A program made the translations under genes and the position numbers. A stretch of 64,000 nucleotides of DNA from Nemertoderma westbladi (Eukaryota; Animalia; Xenacoelomorpha): positions 62,001-126,000 of the forward strand of contig JAUCBJ010005520.1 of NCBI GenBank assembly GCA_032718475.1. The letters run 5' to 3'. A model generated the notes under the pieces. That model did not search any database. It was not told the origin of the DNA and saw only the letters and a program-made list of their open reading frames with translations. Positions 23,649-37,884 of this stretch are shown here, in pieces (the first letter of the stretch is position 1; each line of letters opens with the position of its first letter).

Positions 23649-24208
23649 TGTTAGCTTATCCAATTCCACTAACACCCCACAAAGTAAGCCGTTAAGCAAT
23701 ATTGGGGGCCACGAAGTTGATTACCCAACCTCGTGCCACCCCAACAAAGTGGGAAGGAGAAACACACAATAGGGGTCAGGGGCCATACCCCTGACAGAGA
23801 GAGAATAGCAGGAGTGAGGGGAAACACTCCAAAGGGCGCCAACAGGGATATTAGCCAATGGGGGGAAGGCACCGGCTAGGTACTGTAACAACGGCCAAAC
23901 CGTGCAATATATATTACCTGTCATCATGTTATTGTAGTTAGTTATTTCATTCTGTTAGTCGGTTAGCTAGGGTAGAGCGGTGACTTTTAATACCGTCCCC
24001 GTCTACTGCCATTATTAGTATTCAGTACATACCGTAAATTAATCAGTTATCTCATTCTATACACTATATCCATTTGACGTTTATATCATACATATATCGG
24101 AGAATTAATAACATCAGGACTCTCAAAACAATCTTTTCACATACACACGGCGGGGACGCGTAATTACAACAACCGGATAAACCGGGATCCTCCTAGGATC
24201 CCGTCACA
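23649..24208 (+). repeat. 5' LTR of BEL/Pao element 2
   Basis: TGTTAGC...GTCACA; direct repeat of 30425-30984. Confidence 0.95.
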
Positions 24209-24217
24209 GTATTAGAA
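24209..24217 (+). promoter_or_regulatory. Non-tRNA primer-binding position of element 2 (GTATTAGAA)
   Basis: Abuts the LTR, lacks TGG, and is complementary (one G-U) to TTTTAATAC at 23985-23993. Confidence 0.7.
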
Positions 24218-24255
24218 CTAAAATCTACCAGCCACCGATCTAAAGCAAAGATAAG

Positions 24256-27200
24256 ATGAGCGACATAACGCCAATGCGGACCCCGGACGAAGACCTAACG
24301 ATCCGCGAGGCCGCGACCAGACGGTATAGGCCCACGACGCCGGACCCATCGGTAATGGGCCATCCGGCAGTTCAGGATGAGGGGGGCCGTCTGGAACCAG
24401 AGGTCGAGTCGAGTGGAGGGGGAGTCGAGTCGAGAGAAAGAGAAAGCGAGATGGGAGAGGAAGAGGACGAGTCGACACGGAGCGGGGGTCGACGTACCGA
24501 TGTCGCCGGCCAGCCACAGGCCGAGGGCGACGGACGGCCCACCGGAACGGCGACGGTGGGGCCGCCGGTACGACGTCGGACCCGGAGAGATGGAGGAGAG
24601 GTCGGCGACGAGGACGTCGGGGTTTCTGATCGACTTCGACGGGCCTACAACGCGACCCGGAAGCTACTTAAGGAGGCCAAGGAGGGGGCGAGGATAGACG
24701 AGGTAAAGTTGACAACAGGACTAGGTGAGTCGGATAAACATTTTAGTTATCTAATGCGCTTCGGGCAGAGAGAACTGGCCAAGGAGAGAGCGAGAGGGGT
24801 TGCCGAGGAACTGTGTGATTTATGGCGGTGTAGGGGTATGCAACCTAGCGTAGTGTACATAGGGCCATACTTAGTCGATGCCCGGGGAATAAAATTAGTG
24901 GGTTGGAGGAGACCTGAGGAGGGCGAATCCGAGGTTAACCCCGAGGATTCGGTCTCGTCGGTCGGAGGAAGTTCTGGGAGGAGGGGGAAAGTTAGTAGAT
25001 CGGGAAGGCGGAGGGAATCCGTCACAACCGATAAGTCTGCTACATCCTCCGTAAAAGAAAGACGGGTGAGAGAGATAAATGCGACATACCATCTCGATCT
25101 GATAGCGCAAGGTCAGAGAGAAGTAAAGAGACGGTTAGAGGAGGGGAGAATGCTACTAGAGAAGGAAATGAAACTGATTAGAGAAACCGGAGAGAGGGCC
25201 GAAAGGGCCGCGAAAAGCTTTAGGGAGTGTGAGGAAATAGGGAGGAAGGAACAAGAGGAGCGTGAGGCGAGAGAGCAGAGTGAACGCAAGGAGCGTGAGG
25301 CGAGAGAGGAAAATGAACGCAAAGAGCGTGAGGCGGAACGCAAGGAACGTGAGGCGAGGGAGAAAAGTGAACGCAAAGAGCGTGAGGCGAGGGAGGAAAG
25401 TGAACGCAAAGAGCGTGAGGCGAGACGAAGGGAGGGAGCTAGGAGAGAGGCGGAATTGGCCGACCAGAACGCACGGGAGGGTCGGGAGAGAATGGCAAGA
25501 GAGGAGCGTGAGCGAAAAGAATTGGAAAGACGCCTAAGCGAGCTTATAGAGTACGAAACTAGACACACGCGCGAACTGGAACTGGCGCGGATAGGGGTGT
25601 CAGAGAGCGGGGCTGACTCGAATGTTTTCGAGGAGCCAAGGGCCGTGGATACATTTATTAATACCCCACTTACAGGGACCGCACGACAGACCCGAAACTG
25701 GTGTGACCGTACGGGCGGGGGGGGGGGGGGGGGGTAATAATAATACTACAGTAGACGACGTTAATATTAATAGTACCGTATTGGATAATCCTAACCAAGC
25801 CTTTATTGCAGGAAATACTTTACCTAGTAGTAGTAATTTAAATTTAAATACAAATAATCTAAATAATAATTTCAATTTAAACGTGCAAAATAACCCGAAT
25901 AGTAATTTAAATTTAGAAAATAATAATAACTCAAATAATTTAAATAATGATCCAAACCCGAATTTACAAAATAATTCAAATAGTGTAGTCGCGCAAAATA
26001 ATTCAAATGATTTTATTTCGAACGAACAAAATAATTCCGTTTCTAATATGGGTGCTATTAACGTGAACGCGTCGGACGTGTATAACCCGACAGACGGCGG
26101 CCTGGTAGGCCACGTAGTTGGTAGGCAGGGGGTGCCGGGGTTGAGTCGACCCGACGGCGGCCTGGTAGGCCACGTAGTTAGTAGGCAGGGGGTGGCGGGG
26201 TTGAGTCAACCCGAGGGGGGCCTGGTAGGCCAGGTGGCAGTAGAGAGAGAAGCGGGGGTGAATAGACCTAGCCGCAGTGGAAACATTGTGTCGACTGGAG
26301 AGGGGTGTAGAAGTGAAGTAAGAGGTAGCGGCGTGATATGTGGCGAGTGGGGGGGGGGCTACAGGAGCCCCGCAACGAGAAGTTAGTGGCGAGCGGGGGG
26401 GGGGCTACAGGAGCCCCACAGCGAGAAGTTAGTGGCGAGAGGGGGGGGGGCAGAGAGTGTCCCACAGGCGTCGGCGGATAATGCGCGGGCCGAATCAGGT
26501 AAACCGCAACACCCGGCGACGGAGAGTAGATAGGGGGATTGCGAGTATCCCCAGCGGCGTGCGATCGAGCAGAGAGAGGCAGGTTGACGTCGCGAGAGGG
26601 CGGACGAAGCGTCGAGCCCGATCAGAAGAGGGAAGAAGAACAGTGGAGTTTAACCGGGAGGTCGACGAGAGATCTCACGAGCGGGAATACTGCACTGACA
26701 GGAGAAGAAGGGAAGAGAGTAGAAGAAGTGTCGCCGCGAACGACAGGAGAGCGAGAACGGATAGCGAGCCGTCGGTAGTAGAGATGGAGATGGAGAGTCA
26801 GCAGGGTCGAACCTCGGGAGATTGCCGTCGCCCCGGAGGAACGCGACCTGACGAGGCGTATTGCGCGCAGAGAGAGGGGTACGGGATGTACCGGCACGAG
26901 AGCGAGAGTAGTAGAGGGGGTCGAAGAGAAACTTTCCGACGGGAAATACCTACCGATCGAGAATACGGTAGCCGCGGGGAGGATTATTCGAGAAGAATAA
27001 ACTTCGATCCCGAGCGACACATACAGACTGTAGGACGTACTGTAGGCCTTACTGCACATACTATAGGCCATGCTGACAGGAATAATGTAGGCGATAGGAT
27101 AGCGCGGACGACGGAATTAAACCCGGAAGTCGCGGAGTACATACCGGCAGGTAGGCCAGAAGCTGATAGGCCTATACCGGTACCAGTACAGCAGTATGAC

Positions 27201-30037
27201 TACAGCATGCAAGGACATAACATATACCCAGGGGAGGGGGGAATTATTGCGGATAGGTGCATGGGCCCCAATATATTAACATCAACCCCAGTACCAAACA
27301 TACCGGTGGGGGGGGGGGGGGGGGGGCAGGGTGACATTCCCCCATCACAATATCAACAATATACCCCAATAGGAGCAAGAACAACGAACCCCTTGGATGG
27401 AAATAGGTCATGCGACACAGAAATATGGAGGGGGCCGCTACCCCCAATGATATACCCAAGCCAGAGGAAGGCAGGAAATAGGACGGACGGACCGCACCTA
27501 ACAGGAGAAACTATACAACATCCATCGAACCCATTGGAAGCGCAGGCGATGGGAATGGCCACGTTAATAGATGCGTTAAAAACTAGGATCAAGCTACCAC
27601 CCGTGGAACCATTCAAATTCGATGGGAGCAGGCCGGAAGAATACCTACAGTTTCGGCGCATGTATAGCAACGAAATACTAACAAAGAACTTGACGCAGGC
27701 GGAGTGCCTAAAGTATCTGCAAGTATATACAGGAGGCCCAGCATACGACATCGTGAGGCAATACCAGGGCATAGAGGGCGGCTTCACGATGGCATGGCGG
27801 GCACTGGACAGGGAATACGGGCACCCGGCCAAGATCATCCGGCAAACCCTGAGAGGCATAACATCGGGTGGCCTACAGGATAATCCCGTTAGCATTAAGA
27901 CGTTCGCGAACAAGGTCGAAAAGGCGCTAATCGTACTGAAAACGCTAGACGCGCCATACGAGCTCAACGCATCCAACAACATAACCACGATAGCGCAGGC
28001 ACTACCGATGTGGCTGCGCAACAAGTGGAGGAAGATCGCTTTCTCCACTCGAGATAGGAAGGGTGCGGAACCGGGTTTAGAAGAAATGTCGAGCTTCTTA
28101 AACTAAGAAGCTGAATTAATAACCGACCCAGTCTATAGTGAGGACAGCCTGGGAAAGGGACCAAGAACAGATTACCATAGACCGAAGCCGGAACACAACA
28201 CGTCAAACGCATTGCCGAAGCTCAGGCAATCACTGCCATACGCAGCGACGCAGGGGACTGCTAGTCCACAGGTAGCCGGGGGTGAGACCACATCATGGAG
28301 TGGACAGGGGAAAAATAACAACACAAACAAACATGACCCTAGTACGCCCAGTAGGCCGAACCCAAACAATAAGAATAGTAGGGACTTTGGTACAAATGCA
28401 ACCGCGATACGCAATGCATTGTATAAGGACGGCTACGACCCAAAGAGCAAATGCCAGCTACATACAAATGCGCTCCATCAGACCATGAACTGCAGGTACT
28501 GGCAAGCATTACCCAGGGAAGATCAAGTAGAATACGCGGCGAGAAATGAGATCTGCTCGCGATGTGTGATGAGTGGACATAGAGCTAGACAATGCGAGGA
28601 AACACCGATTAAGTTCGGTCAAAGTAAAGGCCAAGCGATGGCAACGAGCACAGTAGGGGCGAAGAAGAGAGGAACGGTACTACTTGGGGTAGTACCAGTG
28701 CGAGTAATCGGGGAAGGCAACCGATCAGTGACCACACTTATGCTGGTCGACAGTGGAGCTGCCTTCACATTAGTCGAGAATTGGGTGGCCGAGGAGATAG
28801 GATTGAGAACGAGGCCAAGTAGAATGGCGGTAACAACAATTTCTAGCAAAGATGAGGTCCTGGAGATGAGGACCGGACGGTGCACGATTGCAGCGGTGGC
28901 ACCGGGATGCGACTACGGGGCGACCATCGACCCCATCCAAGTGATAGAGTCAATAAATATCAATGCCAGGCGGCCAACCAACATCGAGGTCGAACAATAT
29001 AAATTCCTGGATGATATCAACTTCTCAATCCCAGAGGTGGACGTTAGGAAGGTATCCATTATAGTAGGAATGGACTGTCTGACGGCCCACGAAAGAATGC
29101 GAACGGTCTTCGGCGAAGACAAGCAGTGTGACCCGGTGGCAATATTGACACCATTCGGGTGGACGCTGAGTGGCCCAATCAAGAGTAAGATACCATTTAG
29201 GATGTTGGAGACATCAGGATGCATGTTCGCGGGAACTATGCGAGAAATGGAGGATGAGGGAGCAGAGGAGCAGCTCAGGAGACTGCTCAGGCAGGATTTT
29301 GAAGGATTAAAGGAGACCGGGGTCGGAACCTCGGTAGAAGATATACCATAGGGATGGTATGGAAGCTACCGAAGCTACCGCTACCCGATAATAGAGGGAT
29401 GGTACTCACGAGGCTTCGTAAGTTAAAGCAGACACTAAAATGGAGCCCCGAGAAGAATGAGTACGTCCACAGAACGATTAAGAAGTACGTCGAGAAAGGA
29501 TGGGCCGTGGAGTTACCGGTCGACGAACCAAGCACGGACAGGACATATTACCTACCACTCCACGTGGCTTTAGATCCAAAGAAAGGTAAACTGCGGATGG
29601 TAGTTGACGCATCGGCCAAAACCAACGGAAAATGCCTAAACGACAATCTGCTGGAGGGTCCCAATATCTACAACTCGGGGATCGAGGTCCTACTTAGATT
29701 CAGGAATGGAAAACACGCCTTCACCTGTGATATAGAAGGCATGTTCAACCAAGTCCGTGTAACGGAAGAAGATAGCGATAGCCAACGCTTCTTATGGTAC
29801 AACGGCGATGAAGAACCGTCGATTATACCGACGTACAAGATGATAGTACAGAACATGGGAGCCAAGTCGTCTTCATTTACGACGACTATGGCAGTAAGAG
29901 ACACAGTGAAGGGCAAGGAGGATAGATACAGCACTAGGGCCGTCGATATGATTCGACGCGGCTTCTACGTAGACGACGGAATGGAGTCTGGAAATACGGT
30001 TAAGGAGATATTGGACACAGGGCGCAGGGTGAGATAG
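24256..30037 (+). pseudogene. gag-pol: Pao gag-pro-RT polyprotein with long N-terminal extension, broken by frameshifts and stops
   Basis: ORF pieces 24256-25737, 25622-26386, 26457-28106 (TAA where element 1 has TAT), 28212-29351 (knuckles, LVDSGA) and 29354-30037 (YLPLH, LRMVVDAS, LNDNLLEGPN, DIEGMFNQV, FYVDD, all Pao RT motifs). Confidence 0.9.
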
Positions 30038-30424
30038 GGCGAGATATGAGTAATAGAGCGTGGAGTGCGGAGTGTGGAGAGGGCGTGGGCGCAATTCAAA
30101 TGTGGGGGGGGGGGGGGGAGAAGTAAGAGGCGGAGTGAGGGACGAGGAGGTCCGAGAGTATGCGAGAGTTAGGGTGAGAGCGGAGGAGAGTCAGGGAGAA
30201 AGTGTTGGGGAAACAAAATCGTATGAGAGGAGCGCACGATCGGCCCGACATGGGACGCCAGGCGAACAGGGTAGCATTATCATGCCCATAGGGAGCGGCC
30301 TGGAAAGCCGGCTCCGAGAGAAAACAGGCCCACCCCACACCCGATACTAGATCGGGATCCAACGGAATTGTAGCGCACTTGAGGAGGATGCTATCTTCTC
30401 ACCGGGAAGATAGCATGGGGGGAG

Positions 30425-30984
30425 TGTTAGCTTATCCAATTCCGCTAACACCCCACAAAGTAAGCCATTAAGCAATATTGGGGGCCACGAAGTTGATTAC
30501 CCAACCTCGTGCCACCCCAACAAAGTGGGAAGGAGAAACACACAATAGGGGTCAGGGGCCATACCCCTGACAGAGAGAGAATAGCAGGAGTGAGGGGAAA
30601 CACTCCAAAGGGCGCCAACAGGGATATTAGCCAATGGGGGGAAGGCACCGGCTAGGTACTGTAACAACGGCCAAACCGTGCAATATATATTACCTGTCAT
30701 CATGTTATTGTAGTTAGTTATTTCATTCTGTTAGTCGGTTAGCTAGGGTAGAGCGGTGACTTTTAATACCGTCCCCGTCTACTGCCATTATTAGCATTCA
30801 GTACATACCGTAAATTAATCAGTTATCTCATTCTATACACTATATCCATTTGACGTTTATATCATACATATATCGGAGAATTAATAACATCAGGACTCTC
30901 AAAACGATCTTTTCACATACACACGGCGGGGACGCGTAATTACAACAACCAGATAAACCGGGATCCTCCTAGGATCCCGTCACA
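30425..30984 (+). repeat. 3' LTR of BEL/Pao element 2
   Basis: Direct repeat of 23649-24208, followed by the TSD ACGTG. Confidence 0.95.
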
Positions 30985-31597
30985 ACGTGGATACAGCTGA
31001 TAGATGTCGTCATCTGAGTTCCGATGTTTAGAGTATTTGAGCTTATTGCGGAGAAAAATGGCTTTTTATGTCCGCTAAAGCACACATGCAGACATAGCGG
31101 GCAAAATCGCTTGTTATGTCCGCTAAAATACCTACTCGGTATATTGCGGAGAAAAATAGCTTGTTACATCCGCAAAAGCTTTTACAGCAAGTCACAAAAC
31201 AATCTTATTATTCACGACACTTCCTCTGGGGTCTATCCATATCGCTCGACTGGTTCATCCGACAGTACTAGACTATACTATAGATTAGACAATACTAGAT
31301 ATACACTCTGAAATCGATTAGTACGATTTCGACTTCTCACCACCTGACAAAATCTACTAACATTTATTGTAATGTATTACTTCAGTTGGAAAATATCGGA
31401 ATTATTGAGCAAACAAACACATATTACAAGTAAACATGGATTTTTTAAATTATATGAAATGGACTTAACTGTATAAATTTAGTTGTTAATGTTGTAACAA
31501 GTTAGGAACTTGACTAACTTGCTGGTTAGGAACGACAATTTATTTTTCAATTTTCCTCGGGCCCAATTCTTTTATTGTTTGGTGGGTAAGTGTCATT

Positions 31598-31700
31598 GGA
31601 GGGCAATTGTTTTCGGGGGACAACTGTCCGGCAGGCAATAGTCCGGGGGCAATTGTCCGGTGGCAATTGTCCGGGGGGTGGGGGGCAATTGTCCTGTCAC
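31598..31700. repeat. G-rich GGGGCAATTGTCC motif array (MITE-type subterminal repeat)
   Basis: Five to six GGCAA(T/C)TGTCC-like units; a related array lies at 59635-59765. Confidence 0.5.
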
Positions 31701-32097
31701 TAATTGCCACATGGTGTTTGACTTATTATTACTTTGAATCAACTTGTAAGGTACCTAATCAGGTATTGGTTCACCATTGTCTTGTGAAATTGTTAAAAAA
31801 TGCTGTATGATGCTGCATATACAATATACATACATAATATCCATATATCACAATCCCTCAGATCATATTGGCTTTTGTTTTATAATCTATCGGTTATATT
31901 TCTAAAACCTGGTATTCATTCATAAGATGTGATCTGCATAATCATATTCAGTTCACCATCATGAATTGTTTTATCTTATTATATATTAGACAACCTGAAT
32001 GATAAACACAATACAAATTTCATATAATTTCTTAAAAAATTTCCAATTTCGATACTTTCATATATAATACTCATTATTATTATTATACAAAATAATT

Positions 32098-32330
32098 ATG
32101 GAACTACTCTCCCAACTCATCCACACCATTCTGCGAGCTGCGATAATTTTCTACACAGTAAATGAGTTCCATCTCCAATGCGTTCATGGTAATGAAGTCG
32201 ATTGTCACAGAGACATTACATATGGGCAAGGTCGTTATGGGTTCAAAGCGCACCATAAGTTGGTGAACCACGACATTAAAACTATCGATAAACAAGTTTC
32301 AAGAATCAATTGTGCTGGACTGTGTTCAAG
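32098..32330 (+). CDS. Host gene exon A: possible signal peptide and first half of a PAN/apple domain
   Basis: ...HKLVNHDIKTIDKQVSRINCAGLCS(R) with donor AG|GTAGGT, phase 2. The start is either the ATG at 32098 or an acceptor at 32158/32159. Confidence 0.65.
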
Positions 32331-32407
32331 GTAGGTTGCACCAATATCACATCATTATTATAATATATTATTATTAATATCATATCATGTGATAGACAGA
32401 ATATTTA

Positions 32408-32590
32408 GGTGTGGTATTTGCCCTGTGAGCTGACTCTGCAAAAAAAAGCACCCCCAACCCCCACTATGGATTACATTAGTAATGCTGAGGTCCGGCCACT
32501 AGAGGCCAGTGGAATTACCGGACACAATTGGCCTCACAGGCGTCAGTTATCTCCTGACGGCTGCCTGTCTCACCCCCTACTGGAGAGATG
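32408..32590 (+). mobile_element. Short 5' fragment of the same RTE family
   Basis: Reverse-complement match to about 19090-19265. Confidence 0.75.
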
Positions 32591-33589
32591 ATATAGTCAT
32601 CCCTTCCTTCTCTGGGTCAAAATAAAAATGGAAGTTGGTCCAAAATTTGTGGCTCAAATGGCCTCTATAATTTATCAGCCTACATAGTTAATGAAAAGGA
32701 TCCAAATGTAATTCTAGTTATTCTAGGTATATCATAGTTTAAATTTGGTTAATTTCCTCTTTATCCAAATTGCGTCAATTTGGGGTGAATTCTATGAAAA
32801 TAGAAAAAACAATATAAAATAATCTTTATAAAAACATTTAACAGCAGTATTCAGTTAATAAGTAAGGAATGACTCAAAAAGGAATGACAGTGGAGTGTTG
32901 TCATTATGGGCTGATACTGTACATAACGTATGTACAGTACATGTTCAGGGGATGTTAAAAATGTCCAGGAATCGATGGTCCTGGTTCTGGTAAAGGTTCT
33001 GGCCCTGTGCTGGTAGCAATTGACTATGAAGGATGCCGCCAATATTTCTGTATGAGTGACGTTTCCTGGTTGTATGCGGTTCTTTGCTTTAGGCTATAAG
33101 GGGAGCAGAGTAATGCTCTTAGGGTTGGAAGGGGATAATTACGGTGGCCCATAGTGGCCACTCCTTACTTAAACAAAATATTTGCAGGATGCGTGCGCGC
33201 GCTGGGTTTTATGTATTATCAATCGGTATTATCAATATTATGTGTGTGCGTGCGGTATTTCATGTGCGCACGCACGGTATTTTATGTGTGCGCACGTGGT
33301 ATTCTGTGTGAGATGTGCGTGCGGTATCTCATGTGCACGCACGCGGTTATTTTTCCATATGTTTGGGATGTACTGGTAGAACTTGTGATATGAGAAAATA
33401 TCCCTAGCAGCAGAGGCCTTGCCAGTACATACATACATACACTATGCACTACAGACAACTGCCAGCCTGTACAAAAATACACAGCATAGTGTATGTCAGT
33501 ATGTACGGTACTACTGCTGTAACTGCTGAACAAAAAAATAGGTACAATAGTCCTACAGTAAGTTATTAGTTTATTAATTATTTACTATT

Positions 33590-33903
33590 TATACTGTAAT
33601 TACGTTTTATAATAAATTGTTCTGTACATTACATCTTTATCGTTGAGTCGGGCATTGTCACGCTCTCGGTAAAGTTGTACATGTACGTACATAGTGTAAT
33701 TACGTTTTATATTGGTTTTAGGTTAGCGTAGTGTAATATTGTATTCGTAACCAAGTAACATAAAGGACCCCCTTGGAAATAAGCTGCAAAGCTTTAGGGG
33801 TAATCCTATATGTTATGTTGGACAATACCTTTATACCGGTACATTGTTTGGTGTATTTGTTATTGTTTTTACATAATGTATAAATAAATCTATCTATCTA
33901 TCT
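33590..33903 (+). mobile_element. 3' tail of a LINE
   Basis: Stem-loop GGACCCCC...GGGGTAATCC, then AATAAA and an (ATCT)n tail. Left end approximate. Confidence 0.45.
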
Positions 33904-34593
33904 CATACGACCACTAGAAGTGTTTCTATTGGCAAAACGTCCTTTCGTGACATTACCAATGATCGCGATCATGGGGGGAAAATTTTGGTGGCATTGAGCA
34001 CCAGGTAGACTTCAATCAAATTAAAAAAAAATTCACAGTTTATTTTTTCACCACTTGGCACATTTTTTTTTGGGCCACCCTAGCCTAGGCCTATACAATC
34101 AGACTACTGGTAGATTCTGAGATTCACTGTTTATGTTTGTTATGAAATCATAACTACCTAAGCGGTAGTTATGATTTTATAGCAAATGCTGAAATTGGGT
34201 TTTGCCATGGCTGCGGAAAGCGAATTTTTGACTGTTCTAACTATTGCCACCACTATGGTATTATGGTTTCCGAAGAAAAACCTACCAGTACCTGCAATTA
34301 GCTCACCATGGCATAGTCATAGTAGTTCCCCTTCACAGCTTATTTCATTCGAGGATTTCTCATTAGAGAAAAAAAGAGGTAATTTAACAGGAGTGGAAGG
34401 TACAAGTACTGGTACATGTAATGGGAGGTCACTAACCACACTAAAAGAATAGCCTGAAAACATCTGAAAACATACATTAGTAATAATATTTGTGTTGTAC
34501 TGTGCTGTACTGCTGTACTGTGTGATACTGCTGTACTGTCTACTGTGTTTGTATTTCTCTTTTATACCGGTATCTATGGTACCGACTTACCAT

Positions 34594-35940
34594 ATGGAGT
34601 CGGCCTCTGCTAATCCATATTCTGTCCTGGCCGATAATAATACTGGCTTGGTCTCGGCTGACCCTACCGAGACAGCCGGGCATAAGACAACTATGTCTGA
34701 AATGGATGCTGAAAATTCTAATGGTGTACCTACTGTTATTAATGCTTGCCTTGCTTCTATGGTGTAAGGATTAGTGTCTCATACTGTGTCTGAGACAAAT
34801 GAACTTGTTCTTAAGCACTATCTGGCGGAGGAGATATTCACTGCAAAAGGTTGTTTATTCGATTTGTATGGGTTTAAGGTTATTAATAGGCAGGATACTG
34901 CGGACCGTTCTGCGGCTGTTGCTAATTTTCGGGACATTTGGGAAAAATTGCGCGAATTAGATGCTGCGAAACAGCTGCCACTAATCGCTGTCTCGGCGAT
35001 TGCTGCATTGTCACTCCCACGCTTTCCTAGTTCCGGCTCCGGGCTGTTGGGGCTACCGGCAACAGTGCCAGTTTGTCTAGTGTCGTGGATGCAGATTGTA
35101 TATCGCGTCTAATCAATCTAGACCAGAAAGTTGATGATATTCATAAGTCGATTGTGGATAAACTGAAGTTAAATAATGATAAAATTATGTTAATCGAGGG
35201 AAAAGTTGATCAACTAGATATGGCGGCATCGGGCCGTCTTGCGCACCCTGGGCCTGGGGTTCATCCTAATGATTTGGTAGCCCCGCCAGGAGTGTCTCGA
35301 ACTCAGTATAGCGCTGTAGTTCGTACCACTCCATTGTGTTCGCACGCAATGCCGGTTCGGGGTTTAGCTCGTCAACAATCCCCGCTCTTCGGTTCGCGTA
35401 GTTCTGGGTCTGGTTTACACGGCAACTCTTCTGGTCGCACTCCTGGTAGTTTAAAACACCCTCGCCCCAGCTCTCCAGATGTTACGGATACCGGTACCGG
35501 TACACAGTTTACTACTACTTTGTAAGACCCTGCAAATCCATGGTTACAAGTCAGGTCTCGGAGGCGCCCCTGCGTTGAAGGGACTAAGAGCCCACCTGGG
35601 GGTGGTGGTGGTTTGCGGGTTAGGGCGGCTGCTGGCCCACCACCATAAATCTACATCTGTCGATTGGATAACGATGTTACTGCGAAGCACCTTGCTGAGG
35701 ATCTCACAACGCTTGGTATAAAAGTTGACGAAAATGCAATCTTGAGGGTTTCCCCCCGGACTCATGGTCATCTAGTTTCAGGATCAAGGTCAGTCAACTG
35801 GATCTAGAGAAAATCCTGGAGCCTTCTTTCTGGCCGAGGGGAGTTTTCGTTCGTAAGTGGATTAACTTTTCGCATGGTCGTAAATTTGCTACTGGGAGAA
35901 ACGATTCTAGGGCAGTAGGGTCAGGCTCTCTAATGAGTAA
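34594..35940 (+). pseudogene. ORF1 of the RTEX-like LINE (stops and frameshifts)
   Basis: YLAEEIFTAK...DIWEKLRELD...LP motif, a coiled coil and C-terminal FWPRGVFVRKW, as in many invertebrate LINE ORF1 proteins. Confidence 0.6.
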
Positions 35941-36103
35941 ATCTGGTTGATTATGGATACCGGCCTATTTATAACTTTATAATTTTATATTATATATATA
36001 TATATATATATATTTTCTTAACTTTTTACAATGGCGTCTCAAACTAACTCACCTATTTCAAATCGCAACATTTCAATAGTGTCATATAATAGTACAGGGT
36101 TTG

Positions 36104-36141
<38 letters not shown>

Positions 36142-37884
36142 TATATTTATATCGCGCCTTTAAGAATAAAAATATACATGCAAGGCGCCAGCAATAACGA
36201 TATGAAAGTCATTAAGGTATACACGAATACATAAATGAAGAAGAGTATACATAGAGAAGGTATACATAAATGATAGTCAAAAAACGTAAAAAAGTACATT
36301 TATAGTTATTCATATTCTTCCTTGAAAAGGAAAGTTTTCAGGCGAGATTTGAATGAGTCAACTCCAGGTGCGCTACGGACATTCATCGGCAGAGAGTTCC
36401 AAACCTGTGGTGCAGCAACGGAAAAAGCGCATTTTCCATAATTTGAGAGACAAAATCTTGGTACGACGAGCAACATCTTATCACTGGAGCGTAACTCGCG
36501 ATGCCAGAACATATGGTGTCAATAGGTCCCTGAGATATTGAGGTGCCAGGCCGTTCAAACATTTGTAAGTCAACAACGCTATTTTGAAATCAATACGGCG
36601 ACGAACAGGAAGCCAATGTAGGCTTTTAAGGACAGGTGTAATATCTTCCCGCTTTCGGACACCCAGTAGAAGACGCGCGGCTGAGTTTTGTACATATTGT
36701 AGCTTCTTAATGAGATTATTCGGCAGACCATAATATAGCGAATTGTTGCAGTCTAGCTTGCTTGTTACCAAGGCATGTATAAGAGTCTCTAGAGTGTCCT
36801 TCTGTAAACATTTTCTGATTTTGGACAGGTTCCGAAGGTGGAAGAAGGAATCTCGCACAGTGATGGCAATCTGTTTACTAAAAGACAAATGAGCGTCTAT
36901 GTAGAAGCCAATGTCACGGGCGTCACTGCTACATTTTACTCTATTGTTGCCTATTTGTAGACAAGGCGGGTCTATCTGACATCCAAACCGTGATTGCAAC
37001 AATAAACATTCTGTCTTGTCCATATTCATCTTGAGTAGATTTGTATTCATCCAGCTCTGTATGTCACGTAAACATTCCTCGGTAACGGTTCAAATGCAAT
37101 ATATATTTGAGTGTCGTCGGCATATAAGTGATATGTTAAACCATGCTTTAATATGACAGACGACAGGGAGCGAGTATATATTGTGAAAAGTAAGGGTCCT
37201 AAAACGGAACCTTGAGGTAAGCCATACTTCAGGTCTTTGAATTTCGAGTACGCATCACCAATAAGTACCTGTTGTTTACGTCCTGAAAGGTATGAACGAA
37301 ACCATTGCAGTGCATTATCTTTTACCCCAATATCATGTTCTAGAATATTCAGTAAGATACTGTGTTCCACCGTATCAAAGGCCGCGCTTAGATCCAATAG
37401 TATAAGTAGCACAGCTGACCCGCTATCGATACTTCGTAGTACATTATCAGTAACCGACAGTAATGCAGTTTCAGTACTATGTAATGGTCGATATGCACTT
37501 TGCATTGGCTCATTAAGAGAGTTCATATCCATATGTTTCATTAGCTGTATAGCTACGGCCTTCTCAGTTAACTTGGCTATGTATATGAGATGTGAGACTG
37601 GTCTAAAGTTCTTAAAAACTTCCGGATCCAGACGCAGCTTCTTCAGTACCGGCGATAATACCGCTTCTTTGAAAAGTTGTGGAACTGTAGAAGTTGAAAG
37701 TGACAAATTAATAATTATTGTGATAATGGGTAGAAGTAACTTGATGGATAATTTAACTAAACGCGTTGGCATCGGGTCACACGGACTAGATTTCGATTTT
37801 GAGTTGTTTATTAGATCTTCAGTATCAGCTGTGGACAGGTCATCAAATATTCGGAAGGAATTGTTTGGAGATTCAGTTAGAGCT

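Larger units (their letters stand above)
23649..30984 (+). mobile_element. BEL/Pao LTR retrotransposon 2, pol truncated just after the RT YVDD motif
   Basis: Two 560-bp LTRs (I count about 5 substitutions), 5-bp TSD ACGTG (23644-23648 and 30985-30989), PPT GGGGGGAG at 30417-30424. Confidence 0.95.
22682..31186. repeat. Unclassified interspersed repeat, copy B, split by BEL/Pao element 2
   Basis: 22682-23648 and 30990-31186 match copy A (323-1513) on both sides of the insertion. Confidence 0.8.
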
